Source of the DNA: Clostridia bacterium | GTDB taxonomy: Bacteria > Bacillota > Clostridia > TANB77 > CAG-508 | DNA: 64,000 bases | Assembly: GCA_016290095.1 (NCBI GenBank) | Contig: JAEESU010000010.1 | Location: 155,286 to 219,285 of the forward strand | Direction of reading: 5' to 3' | Shown: positions 18,864 through 29,506 of the stretch, one piece after another | Layout of the letters: each line of letters begins with the position of its first letter | Numbering within the stretch: position 1 is the first letter of the stretch | Notes under the pieces: model-generated | Databases searched by the model: none | Told to the model about the DNA's origin: nothing | What the model saw: only the letters and a program-made list of their open reading frames with translations | Program-made: the position numbers and the translations under genes

Positions 18864-19955
18864 ATGAAAATAGGAATTGTTGGTTTACCAAATGTAGGAA
18901 AAAGTACTTTATTTAACAGTATTACAAAAGCAGGAGCAGAATGTGCAAATTATCCGTTTTGTACAATTGAGCCAAATGTCGGAGTAGTTGCTGTTCCAGA
19001 TGAAAGATTAGAAAAATTAGCAGAAATGTATAATCCACAAAAAGTAACAAATGCAATAGTTGAGTTTGTTGATATTGCAGGACTTGTAAAAGGGGCTAGT
19101 AAAGGAGAAGGGCTAGGTAATAAATTCCTTTCACATATACGTGAAGTAGATAGTATAGTTCAAGTTGTAAGATGCTTTGAAAATACAAATATTGTTCATG
19201 TTGATGGTTCAATTGATCCAATTAGAGACATTGAAACAATAAATCTTGAATTGATTTTTGCAGATTTGGAGACAATAGAAAAAAGACTAGATAGAGCAAG
19301 AAAATTATTGAAAGCAGATAAGAAGTATCAATTTGAAATTGATACTTTAGAAAAAGTAAAAGAACTACTAAATAGTGGTAAATGTGCTCGTACAATTTCT
19401 TATACTGATGAAGAAAAGGACGTTTTAAAAGAAGCATTTTTACTGACATTAAAACCAGTATTATATGTTGCCAACATATCTGAAGATGACTTAAATGATG
19501 TTTCTGCTAATCAAAATGTTAATAAAGTAATTGAATATGCAAAAAAAGAAGATGCAGAAGTAATTCCTTTATGTGTAAAAATTGAAGAAGAATTAAGCGG
19601 ATTAGATAAACAAGATAAACAAGAAATGTTAGAGGCATTAGGATTAAATGAATCTGGATTAGATAAATTAATAAAAGCAAGCTATAAATTATTAGGATTA
19701 ATGTCATTTTTAACTGCAGGAGAACCTGAGGTAAGAGCTTGGACAATTAAAATTGGCACTAAAGCACCACAAGCTGCTGGGAAAATTCATTCTGACATTG
19801 AAAGAGGTTTTATCAAAGCAGAAGTAATTTCATTTGATGATTTAATGAACTCTGGAAGTATGGTTCAAGCAAGAGAAAGAGGCTTGGTTAGATCAGAAGG
19901 AAAAGACTATGTAATGCAGGATGGAGACATTGTTTTATTTAAATTTAATGTATAA
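18864..19955 (+). CDS. ychF: Ribosome-binding ATPase YchF
   Basis: 'MKIGIVGLPNVGKSTLFN', 'NYPFCTIEPN' and a C-terminal TGS-like domain. The protein is 363 aa. Confidence 0.9.
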   Translation: MKIGIVGLPNVGKSTLFNSITKAGAECANYPFCTIEPNVGVVAVPDERLEKLAEMYNPQKVTNAIVEFVDIAGLVKGASKGEGLGNKFLSHIREVDSIVQVVRCFENTNIVHVDGSIDPIRDIETINLELIFADLETIEKRLDRARKLLKADKKYQFEIDTLEKVKELLNSGKCARTISYTDEEKDVLKEAFLLTLKPVLYVANISEDDLNDVSANQNVNKVIEYAKKEDAEVIPLCVKIEEELSGLDKQDKQEMLEALGLNESGLDKLIKASYKLLGLMSFLTAGEPEVRAWTIKIGTKAPQAAGKIHSDIERGFIKAEVISFDDLMNSGSMVQARERGLVRSEGKDYVMQDGDIVLFKFNV

Positions 19956-19957
19956 AA

Positions 19958-20006
19958 TATTACAATAATATTACAAAATTACATTTACATTACAAATGTA
20001 CAAATG
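19958..20006 (+). repeat. Array of short direct repeats (TTACA(A) x4, with a tandem TACAAATG x2) in the upstream region of ORF 20078
   Basis: Read directly: ...aTTACAataataTTACAaaaTTACAtTTACATTACAAATGTACAAATGg... Confidence 0.4.
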
Positions 20007-20077
20007 GAAGAAAAAAGTATTGCATTGAAAAATGCTATATGTTAAAATACGAATAGATGTTAAGAGAATAGGGAGAG

Positions 20078-20479
20078 ATGAGAATTATGTTAAGTTCAAA
20101 GAAAATTTTAGTTAGTTTAGTTGTTATAACACTTTTAGTTGTTACGTTTGGAAGTATTAATTCATTAGCTACTTCTATTACAGCAGATGTAAATTCAGGT
20201 AACTCAGTTGGAACGATTACAATTTCAGGAAATACAGCAGCAAGTGGTACACAAACAAATACTGCTGAGAATAATGTAGTAAATAATACAGCAAATAATA
20301 CAACAAATAATGTAGTAAATAGAATAACAAATTCAAGTTCATATAACACAACAAATACAAATAGTGTAAAATCTTCATTACCATATGCTGGAACAAATTC
20401 TAGTGTTATATTTGTTGTTATTGCGCTTGCAATTTCTGCTATATATGCTTATAGAAAAGTATCAGATTATAATGTATAA
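20078..20479 (+). CDS. Small secreted Asn/Thr-rich protein with a sortase-type C-terminal sorting signal (LPYAG variant)
   Basis: Signal peptide, 'NNTANNTTNNVVN' repeats, then 'SLPYAGTNSS' + hydrophobic stretch + 'YRK' tail. Confidence 0.5.
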   Translation: MRIMLSSKKILVSLVVITLLVVTFGSINSLATSITADVNSGNSVGTITISGNTAASGTQTNTAENNVVNNTANNTTNNVVNRITNSSSYNTTNTNSVKSSLPYAGTNSSVIFVVIALAISAIYAYRKVSDYNV

Positions 20480-20504
20480 TTAAATGAATTTAAAATATTT
20501 TTTG

Positions 20505-20537
20505 AGGTACACCATCTGGTGTACCTTTGATTTTTTT
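20505..20537 (+). terminator. Rho-independent terminator
   Basis: Stem aggtacacca / tggtgtacct followed by ttgattttttt. Confidence 0.7.
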
Positions 20538-20557
20538 AGAAAAATGCATAAAATATG

Positions 20558-20586
20558 TTGATGTTTGGAAAAATATTTGATATAAT
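20558..20586 (+). promoter_or_regulatory. Sigma-A-like promoter with extended -10 (TTGATG-17-tgaTATAAT)
   Basis: Read directly; lies about 80 nt upstream of the ORF 20666 start. Confidence 0.5.
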
Positions 20587-20665
20587 GCAAACATTAATAT
20601 GAAAAGTATACAAAAGATGCAAATAAAATTTATTTGTGTCTTTTTTTGTTTTAATATAGAAAGGA

Positions 20666-23284
20666 ATGAGAGAGTTGTTATTAAGTAAAGCGTTTGAAAA
20701 GAAAAAAATAATATGTTTTATATTAGCAATTTCAATAATAGTAGGTCTTTTAACATCTGCTTTTTATCAAAATAAAAAAAGTGTAGCAACAGCTAATATT
20801 TTATTTAAAAATAACAATTCTCAAAATGAATTTGTTTTAACAAAGAATTTATTTAATACTTATTGTGAAGTCTTAAAAAGTAAGTCTACTTATGAGGAAA
20901 TTATATCAAATCCAAATTTTGCATACGAAAAAAGTGATTTAAAAGCTATAAGAACCAAAGATTCAAATACAATCAGAATAGAAGTAAAAAATCAAAATCC
21001 TAATACTGCAATAGCAATTTTACAAATTATATTAAAAAATTTTGATAACAGTATAAAAAATATATATGAAGACATAGAAATAGTAACTATTGAAGAACCT
21101 AATATAGACAGAGAAATTAACGATAGAAATGTTTTTTTAATTTTATTTATATTTCTTATACTAGGAATTGTAATTTCAATTATATATATTTATGTTTTAA
21201 TAATTCTAGAGAAGAAAATCAATACTTTGAAGGAAATAGAATCAGATATAATGCTAAAACCACTATCTGAAATTCCGTTAAACAAAAATAAAAATCAGAA
21301 GTTACTTAATGAAGAAAACAAAAATAGTAAATATTTAAAAGAATTTGATAATTTAAAAACAAATATTCAATTTTTGAATTTTAGTGATGATAAAAAGAAA
21401 ACATTTTTAATAGCAAGTCCGTCAAAAAATGAAGGAAAATCATATATAGCTGCTAATCTAGCAATTACTTATGCACTTGCGGGTAAAAGAGTAATTTTAA
21501 TAGATGCAGATATGAATATTGGAATGCAAAGTAAATTATTTAATATTCCTAACAATCTTGGATTTTCTAATTATTTAGCAAATTTAAATGAAAATGGGAT
21601 AGAGAGTAATGAATTAATCAATAAATATATAAAAGAAACCTCAATTAAAAAATTGAATATTATTACATCTGGAACAATACCACCAAATTCACAAGAATTA
21701 TTATCAAATAATAAAATAGAGCAATTGATAAAAGACTTAAATGTGTTTTTTGATATCATAATCTTTGATGGTACATCTATTTTGGATAAGGCAGATTCTC
21801 TTATATTATCTAGACTTATTAGTTCTACTTTGCTTATCTCTACGAGAGGAAAAACAAAAAAAGAAGATTTATGGAGAGCTAAAAAAGACATTCAAAATGT
21901 TGGTGGTACAATCTTAGGAGTTGTATTAAATAAAACAAAATTAAAAGAAAATAAGTCAGAGTCAAAAGCCAGAAAAATTATAAATTTTATAAAAGACAAA
22001 ATCAAAAAGCTTTTAGCTAAAAAGGAAATAAAATTACTTCCAGAAGGAGAAATGCACGAGAAGTCAGATAATACAGAAAATATTGAGCAAGTAGAACAAG
22101 AAGAAAACGAAGAAGTTTTAACTGAAACTTTACCTGATAAAACAGAAAACAAATCAGAAGATAAAGTAGAAAATCATAATGATAAAAAAGATGAAATAAT
22201 TATTGTTGATGATTATGGTATACAACAAGAGTTTTCACTTGAAACAGATAATGATGAGACCCAAGAAAATAACGAAGATAATGTTGTAGATCAAGCAGTG
22301 TTAGATGAATATTTAAAAGATGAAAATATTTTACTAATTATTGTTGATGCTGAAAGAGCATTTTGCAGAATGTTTGGTAAAAATTGTTTTATAGAAAAAC
22401 CAATTAAAACTATTAGTGCAGATAAAAACGGAAATAGTCAATATTATTCAAAAGAGTTTCTTAGAAAATGTCATAATAAATTCAGAAATACGTATGCTTT
22501 ATCAGATGATCAAATTAAGAGAGTTGATGTTTTGATATATTCTATTTTGAGGGAATATGATGATTCATTATGGACTGACAAGAGAATTGAGTCTTATAAA
22601 GCAGAATCATATGTGCAAATAATGGCAAGTACTTATGAAAGACTTATTGATGAAACAGAAGAAGAATATAATCTTCGTTGTAAAAGACTAAGAAAATTAG
22701 CATTAGCAAAGTCTAATATTGATATAGAATATAAATTAGACAATTTATGGAAATTTAATAAAATGAAGCTAAAAGATAAGTTTATTTTACAAAAATATGC
22801 TAAAGAAATTGAAATTGATTATGAATTCAAAACAGATTTTGAAATTAAAAAGAGTAGAGAAAATATTGATTTCTATAATAAAATTTTTGAAGAGACAAAT
22901 CATTTTGATGATTCAGCAGGAAAACATAGTGCCGAAGAAAGTGTAACAGAAGAATTATTAACTAAAATTAAAGAAAAGAATATGCAAGAAATTATTAACT
23001 CTGATTCTGAGAACAATGAAGCTTTAGCAGAAGAGCTTAAAGAAAAACATAAACAGTTCAAAAAGGAAAAAGAAAGAATTGATAAGATTGAAAAACGAAA
23101 AGCAAAAATAGAAAAAGAAAAGGAAAAGAGAAATAAGAAAAGAGAAGAAAAAATACGTTCTCAGCAATTATTAAGAGAGCAGAGAGAATATGAAAAGGAA
23201 AAGCAAAGAGAAGAAGCAAGGATTGAAGAAGAACTATTAACAGATAACCTTTATCCTAAAACAAAATTTAACAAAGATTTATAA
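20666..23284 (+). CDS. Fused Wzz-like (polysaccharide co-polymerase) / BY-kinase-like P-loop ATPase with a long acidic coiled-coil C-terminal extension
   Basis: Two TM segments flank a periplasmic-type segment. Walker A 'SPSKNEGKSY', A' 'VILIDADMN' and B 'IIIFDGTS' are present, as is 'TSGTIPPNSQELL'. About 480 aa of additional KE-rich sequence follow. No C-terminal Tyr cluster was seen. Confidence 0.55.
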   Translation: MRELLLSKAFEKKKIICFILAISIIVGLLTSAFYQNKKSVATANILFKNNNSQNEFVLTKNLFNTYCEVLKSKSTYEEIISNPNFAYEKSDLKAIRTKDSNTIRIEVKNQNPNTAIAILQIILKNFDNSIKNIYEDIEIVTIEEPNIDREINDRNVFLILFIFLILGIVISIIYIYVLIILEKKINTLKEIESDIMLKPLSEIPLNKNKNQKLLNEENKNSKYLKEFDNLKTNIQFLNFSDDKKKTFLIASPSKNEGKSYIAANLAITYALAGKRVILIDADMNIGMQSKLFNIPNNLGFSNYLANLNENGIESNELINKYIKETSIKKLNIITSGTIPPNSQELLSNNKIEQLIKDLNVFFDIIIFDGTSILDKADSLILSRLISSTLLISTRGKTKKEDLWRAKKDIQNVGGTILGVVLNKTKLKENKSESKARKIINFIKDKIKKLLAKKEIKLLPEGEMHEKSDNTENIEQVEQEENEEVLTETLPDKTENKSEDKVENHNDKKDEIIIVDDYGIQQEFSLETDNDETQENNEDNVVDQAVLDEYLKDENILLIIVDAERAFCRMFGKNCFIEKPIKTISADKNGNSQYYSKEFLRKCHNKFRNTYALSDDQIKRVDVLIYSILREYDDSLWTDKRIESYKAESYVQIMASTYERLIDETEEEYNLRCKRLRKLALAKSNIDIEYKLDNLWKFNKMKLKDKFILQKYAKEIEIDYEFKTDFEIKKSRENIDFYNKIFEETNHFDDSAGKHSAEESVTEELLTKIKEKNMQEIINSDSENNEALAEELKEKHKQFKKEKERIDKIEKRKAKIEKEKEKRNKKREEKIRSQQLLREQREYEKEKQREEARIEEELLTDNLYPKTKFNKDL

Positions 23285-23316
23285 TGAGATTAATTTTATT
23301 TAATCTCATTTTTTAT
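23284..23316 (+). terminator. Rho-independent terminator
   Basis: Stem aatgagatta / taatctcatt followed by a T-run. Confidence 0.65.
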
Positions 23317-23383
23317 TTTAAAAAACTTGAATTTGTTTTTATATATTTATATAATATAGTCAATTAATTTAGGAGGTTTGGAT

Positions 23384-24715
23384 ATGGAAGAAAATGGTAA
23401 TCTTGAACGAATTGATCAAGACTATATCGCAATAAATTTTTTAGAAAGAACAGATAGGAAAAAAGATTTTGCAATAGATGTTGATGGTATAGCTCCACTA
23501 GAAGATTATATTAGAAGAAAACAAGAAAAAGAAGCAGAAGAACAAGATGTTGAAGGACAAGAAGAAATGCAAACTTCAGGAGCTTTAGTTATTCCTATAA
23601 CATTTGCAAATGGTGATACAATGGATTTAGTAATTGGAGAAGATTGGCTAGAAATTGCAGGAATATATTCAAGTAAAGATGGACAAACGACAGAAATTCA
23701 ATTGTCACCTGAAATACAAAAAAGTATTTTAAGAGAATCAACAGGAGTTCAAGGAAAAATTGATGCTAGTATGATTATCTCTACATTGACACCTGGTACA
23801 CTTGAAGAGCTACAAAGAAGTATTGTTGATGAAAACCTCGTGCCACAAAATAAGGAAGAATTTGCTCAAAGAGTAAATAGTAAATATCCTAATCTTGTAC
23901 AAGTATCAGAAGATACAGAAGTAACACCAGAAGAAATGGAAGAAAAAGAAGAGGAAGCAGAAGAAAAAGTTGAAACTTTGCCTGAAGAACTTAGAGATAG
24001 AATAGCAAAAGTATGTGCAGAAAATGGATTAGATATAACTTTATTAAGAGAAGCATTAGAAGCACCACCAAGAGATTTGAATGAGCGCCTAGATAATACT
24101 GGATTTCAACCTAATGGTTCAAATGTGTTTTTGCTAAGATTTGGAAATAAGGGATTTGATGCCAATGGAAATGATAGAATAATAATGGTTCAGGATTCAT
24201 TACAAATTGATGAAAGGCAATATGATAGTATGATGACTGACTATATGATTGAACATAGAGGAGAAGATCCTGCTAAAGAGAAAGGACATAGACACACAAT
24301 AATTTATACTGATATAGATGGTAATACTACTACTCAAGAACTTCATAAAGAACCTAGAGATTTAACATATGAAGAAAAAGAATTAATACAAAAAGAACTT
24401 GAAAAATTACAAGAAGCAGCAAATGGTGTCAAAAATAATCCTAATATTTCTAAAGAAGATAAAGAAAAATTATTTATGCAAATAAATGATAAAAGAAAAG
24501 CTTTGTTTGAAAGATATGGAATATATCCAAATCTTATTATGGAAGAAATGGAAGCAGATCAAGACACTTTAGAAGAAAATGTTGGAAAAACTGAAGAACA
24601 AGATGAACAAGAAAGACCAGAACCAGATATAGATAATGAGGATAACGGAGAACATGGTTTTCCAGAGTTAGGGGAACGTGGAGGATTTCCTTTTGGAAAT
24701 CATAGATTATTTTAA
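23384..24715 (+). CDS. Highly acidic hypothetical protein
   Basis: ATG at 23384 is preferred, 7 nt after AGGAGG. Glu-rich; no recognisable motif. Confidence 0.45.
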   Translation: MEENGNLERIDQDYIAINFLERTDRKKDFAIDVDGIAPLEDYIRRKQEKEAEEQDVEGQEEMQTSGALVIPITFANGDTMDLVIGEDWLEIAGIYSSKDGQTTEIQLSPEIQKSILRESTGVQGKIDASMIISTLTPGTLEELQRSIVDENLVPQNKEEFAQRVNSKYPNLVQVSEDTEVTPEEMEEKEEEAEEKVETLPEELRDRIAKVCAENGLDITLLREALEAPPRDLNERLDNTGFQPNGSNVFLLRFGNKGFDANGNDRIIMVQDSLQIDERQYDSMMTDYMIEHRGEDPAKEKGHRHTIIYTDIDGNTTTQELHKEPRDLTYEEKELIQKELEKLQEAANGVKNNPNISKEDKEKLFMQINDKRKALFERYGIYPNLIMEEMEADQDTLEENVGKTEEQDEQERPEPDIDNEDNGEHGFPELGERGGFPFGNHRLF

Positions 24716-24731
24716 ATAAAGGAAGTAGAAT

Positions 24732-25412
24732 ATGGGAAAACTATTTGTAATTGACGGAACTGATGGAAGTGGAAAACAAACTCAGTTTGATTTATTAAAA
24801 GAACATTTAACAAAAGATGGGATAGACTATAAGACAGTAAGTTTTCCAAATTATGATAGTCCATCTTCATCACTTGTTAAAATGTACTTATCAGGTGAAT
24901 TTGGTGAACACGCAAATGATGTTAGTCCTTACATTGCTTCAACATTTTATGCAGCAGATAGATATGCCACATATATGAAGGATTTAAAGGAATATTATGA
25001 AAATGGTGGTATTATTTTAGCAGATAGATATACAACAGCTAACATGGTACATCAAACAGGAAAAATAAAAGATGAAAAAGAAAGAGAAAAATATTTAAAT
25101 TGGTTATTTGATTTAGAATTTAATATCTATGGATTACCTGTTCCAACAGAAGTGTTTTTCTTAAATATGCCACCAGAGAAAGTTAAAGAGCTTATTAAAA
25201 ATCGAGAGAATAAATTTACTCATTCCGAGAAAAAAGACATTCATGAAAGAGATGAACAACACTTACAAGATGCTTATAGTGCAGCATGTAGTTTAGTTGA
25301 TAAATATGGATGGAATGAAATAAAATGCGTTATAAATAATGAAATAAGAACTAGAGAAGATATTCATCAAGAAATTTATAAATTAGTTCAAAAAGAAATA
25401 CAAAAGAAATAA
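24732..25412 (+). CDS. Thymidylate-kinase-family (dTMP kinase-like) nucleotide kinase
   Basis: P-loop 'IDGTDGSGKQTQ' and a DRY-type motif 'ADRYTTANMVHQ'. The protein is 226 aa. Confidence 0.6.
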   Translation: MGKLFVIDGTDGSGKQTQFDLLKEHLTKDGIDYKTVSFPNYDSPSSSLVKMYLSGEFGEHANDVSPYIASTFYAADRYATYMKDLKEYYENGGIILADRYTTANMVHQTGKIKDEKEREKYLNWLFDLEFNIYGLPVPTEVFFLNMPPEKVKELIKNRENKFTHSEKKDIHERDEQHLQDAYSAACSLVDKYGWNEIKCVINNEIRTREDIHQEIYKLVQKEIQKK

Positions 25413-25426
25413 ATTCGAGGTAAATT

Positions 25427-27061
25427 ATGCGAGGTAAAATAGTTAACTTATGTTTAGGATTCTTAAATTTACTTTTTGGCAGTTTAATTATTTTATATAC
25501 AGTTAAAGTGCCACAAGACAAAACATTATTAACTGTTCAAGAAGGCTTTGTAGTAAAGTATATATTAATGAGTATTTATGCTGTAATGTTCATTATTGCA
25601 TTTATTGATTTATTACAAAGTCATAATCACAAATCAGATACTGTTTTTAATGTTGGATATGTAATCGGAACATTTGCTATAAGTTTTATATTTATAAAGC
25701 AACCATTTATAGGCGCTTTTAGTATCATATCTGGTATAATTATTTTGTTTAAAAGTTTAAAAGAAAATTTGATTGAAATAGATAGTACATTTGCAATATC
25801 TGTTTCAATAGTATTAATGGCCAGCGTAGCTATTATTGGATTTTTCTCATTTAATTATTCTTATTTTGGTCAAAGAATAAAAAATAGAGAGAATAAGAAT
25901 GAGTTAAAATATAAATCAGATTATTTTAAATATATTACAGAATTAGATATAACAGATGTTTATATTAATGTAAAACGAGATGGTAAATTTGGATACATTA
26001 ATCAAAGGGGAGAAACTGTAATTGATTTTAAATATGATTATGCTAGCCCTTTTGTTAAAATTATAGCATATGATAAAACCTTTTATATTGCAATGTTTTG
26101 TGAAGATGGATCAACATATATTAAGCTGAAAAATGGAAGAGATGTATTATCTTACCGTTCAGAATCTGCAGATGAAAATATAGAAGCAAAAAAAGAAGAA
26201 TTGGAAGATATATATTATAATACATTAAAGCAAGAGAACCCTATAGAATATGAGATTCCAAAATACTCTGTTGTAAAAAATAGAGTACCAATATATCCAG
26301 ATAATGAAGATGAAAATATAAAAGTATTTAATTATAATGCAGAATACAATATTGTTGTTTCTCAGTCAAGCATGGGAAAAAGTGATATATACGAATTAGT
26401 AAAAAAAGATAATGATAGTATTAGAATAACATTAGATGCAGATAATTTAGATTATGATGATAATTATTTATATCTGTTTGAAAATGGTTATATTCCATTT
26501 TATGAAGTATCAAAAACTACACAAGGTTGGTTCACAAATTATGGCAAGAAAAATGAAATGACAGGAAGAGCACAAATTTTAGAATATTTTTATGATAACA
26601 GGATAATTTTAAAGAATTTTAAGGATAATTCTATTTATTTTTCAACACCAACTGGAGAAAAATTATCTGATAATTATTATGATATTTATATTTGTGGTGA
26701 TGGAAGATATATTGTAAAAGATGATGATAATTTCTTTAAAGTCATTGATAATGACTATAATCCAATATTTGAAAAGAAGTATGCTGTTATTGATACACGA
26801 TTCGTTTCACAAGGATTATATTTAACATTAAACTCTGTTGATAATATAAAATTTGATGATTATGGATATGCAATTATGAACTGGAATCTAGTTAATTATG
26901 CAGGCGAAGAAATAGCAACAAATATTGAATATATATATGATATGGATTTAAAAATAAATAAAGTGAAAAACATAGATGAAGACAACTATCTATTGTTTGT
27001 AAATCAGCTAAAAGAACTAAATGGTGACTTTGTTGGAAATAAGTTTTATTTAAAAAAATAA
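25427..27061 (+). CDS. Membrane protein with C-terminal WG-containing beta repeats
   Basis: Four N-terminal TM segments, then repeats of the 'KFGYINQRGETVIDFKYDYASPF' type. Confidence 0.45.
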   Translation: MRGKIVNLCLGFLNLLFGSLIILYTVKVPQDKTLLTVQEGFVVKYILMSIYAVMFIIAFIDLLQSHNHKSDTVFNVGYVIGTFAISFIFIKQPFIGAFSIISGIIILFKSLKENLIEIDSTFAISVSIVLMASVAIIGFFSFNYSYFGQRIKNRENKNELKYKSDYFKYITELDITDVYINVKRDGKFGYINQRGETVIDFKYDYASPFVKIIAYDKTFYIAMFCEDGSTYIKLKNGRDVLSYRSESADENIEAKKEELEDIYYNTLKQENPIEYEIPKYSVVKNRVPIYPDNEDENIKVFNYNAEYNIVVSQSSMGKSDIYELVKKDNDSIRITLDADNLDYDDNYLYLFENGYIPFYEVSKTTQGWFTNYGKKNEMTGRAQILEYFYDNRIILKNFKDNSIYFSTPTGEKLSDNYYDIYICGDGRYIVKDDDNFFKVIDNDYNPIFEKKYAVIDTRFVSQGLYLTLNSVDNIKFDDYGYAIMNWNLVNYAGEEIATNIEYIYDMDLKINKVKNIDEDNYLLFVNQLKELNGDFVGNKFYLKK

Positions 27062-27098
27062 AGTAATTAATTATTTAAATTTTAATAAAATGGTTAAA

Positions 27099-27135
27099 AT
27101 AAGATAGAACTTTTAAAGTTCTATCTTATTTTTTA
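27099..27135 (+). terminator. Rho-independent terminator
   Basis: Stem aagatagaactt / aagttctatctt followed by a T-tract. Confidence 0.65.
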
Positions 27136-27148
27136 GGAGGATATTTTA

Positions 27149-27322
27149 ATGAATACAAATCAAAAACAAAAAATTAATTGTTCAGTTGTATCTTGCAAAT
27201 ACAATGATGTAAATTCAAAGATTTGTGAATTAAGTCAAATCGAAGTAAAAGCATGTCCAGGTTGTTCAAATGGAACTGCTGAGGAAGAATCAATGTGTGG
27301 AAACTATAAGCATATTGATTAA
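27149..27322 (+). CDS. DUF1540-type small cysteine-rich protein (57 aa); absent from the supplied ORF track
   Basis: AGGAGG 8 nt upstream. Translation: MNTNQKQKINCSVVSCKYNDVNSKICELSQIEVKACPGCSNGTAEEESMCGNYKHID. Confidence 0.6.
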   Translation: MNTNQKQKINCSVVSCKYNDVNSKICELSQIEVKACPGCSNGTAEEESMCGNYKHID

Positions 27323-28324
<1,002 letters not shown>

Positions 28325-28327
28325 AAG

Positions 28328-28364
28328 AAAGGCGAACTCTTTAATGAGTTCGCCTTTTTTATTT
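28328..28364. terminator. Bidirectional terminator (fba / smpB)
   Basis: Stem aaaggcgaactc / gagttcgccttt. Confidence 0.7.
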
Positions 28365-28799
28365 TAATATTCTTCTTATTTTCATTTCTGCATCTTTTTT
28401 TGCAATAACTTCACGTTTATCAAAAAGCTTTTTGCCTTTTCCAATTCCAAGTTCAATTTTTACTTTGTTTCCATTAAAATACATTTGAAGTGGAATAATA
28501 GAAATTCCTTGTTGTTTTATCATTCCAAATATTTTTTCGATTTCTCTTTTATTTAATAATAATTTTCTTGTTCTTAGCGGATCTTTATTATAGATATTAC
28601 CAAATTCATATGGACTTATATGCATTCCTATAATAAATGCTTCACCATTTTTTATATTCACATAAGTATCTTTTAAATTAACTTTTCCAGTTCTAACAGA
28701 TTTTATTTCTGTACCAGTTAAAACTATTCCAGCTTCAATTTTTTCATTAATTGTGTAATTATGATATGCAGTTGGATTCTTTGCAATTATTTTTTCCAT
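28359..28799 (-). CDS. smpB: SsrA-binding protein
   Basis: 'NKKA.HNY.I.E..EAGIVL.GTEIKS' pattern, 146 aa, basic C-terminal tail. Confidence 0.9.
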   Translation of the reverse strand: MEKIIAKNPTAYHNYTINEKIEAGIVLTGTEIKSVRTGKVNLKDTYVNIKNGEAFIIGMHISPYEFGNIYNKDPLRTRKLLLNKREIEKIFGMIKQQGISIIPLQMYFNGNKVKIELGIGKGKKLFDKREVIAKKDAEMKIRRILK

Positions 28800-28866
28800 A
28801 TTAACTCCTTAAATAAATCATATTTAATATAACATAATTTTATGATTTAAGCAAATAATAAGAAAT

Positions 28867-29442
28867 ATGAACCAAATTATATTTTTAAATAATAGATGTA
28901 AATTTGTGTTTAAAATACAATTATTTATTTCACTATTATTAATAATATCAATATTATTAATATATTATTATAATTTGAAAAATTCTGAAGAGCTTGAAAG
29001 AATTTCTGGTTTGATAAAAAACAATGCTAATATATTAGACATATATCATATTAAAAACGACAGCTATTTTGGAAGATTAATAATTGAAAAGATTGGACTA
29101 GATTATATTGTATTCGAAAATTTTTCAGATGATTTGTTAAAAATATCTCCATGTAAATTTAGTGGCCCTAGTTTAGGAGAATGTGGAAACATTTGTATAG
29201 TAGGACATAACTATGAAAATAAGAAATTTTTTAGTGAAATTGAAAAACTAGAAATTAATGATGAAATTCTAATAGACAATTTAAAAAATAAGACATATAG
29301 ATATATCGTTTATGAAAAAAATGAAGTTGATGCAAATGATTTTTCAATAACTAAAAGTAAAAAGAAAACTGAATTGACACTGGTTACATGTAATAATACT
29401 AATAATAAAAGAATTATAATTAAATCATTTGAAAAAAAATAG
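28867..29442 (+). CDS. Sortase (class B/D-like transpeptidase)
   Basis: N-terminal TM; His motif 'ICIVGHNY' and the catalytic-Cys motif 'LTLVTCNN'. Confidence 0.65.
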   Translation: MNQIIFLNNRCKFVFKIQLFISLLLIISILLIYYYNLKNSEELERISGLIKNNANILDIYHIKNDSYFGRLIIEKIGLDYIVFENFSDDLLKISPCKFSGPSLGECGNICIVGHNYENKKFFSEIEKLEINDEILIDNLKNKTYRYIVYEKNEVDANDFSITKSKKKTELTLVTCNNTNNKRIIIKSFEKK

Positions 29443-29506
29443 TGTTTTTGATTGAAAAAAATGTAGATAAAATGTATAATATAAATAATTTTGGAGGAGA
29501 TAAGAA

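Noticed and set aside
22980-23284. Lys/Glu-rich low-complexity tail of ORF 20666 as a DNA-level tandem repeat or minisatellite
   Set aside because: The periodicity is at the amino-acid level (KEKE coiled coil). There is no exact nucleotide tandem repeat unit.
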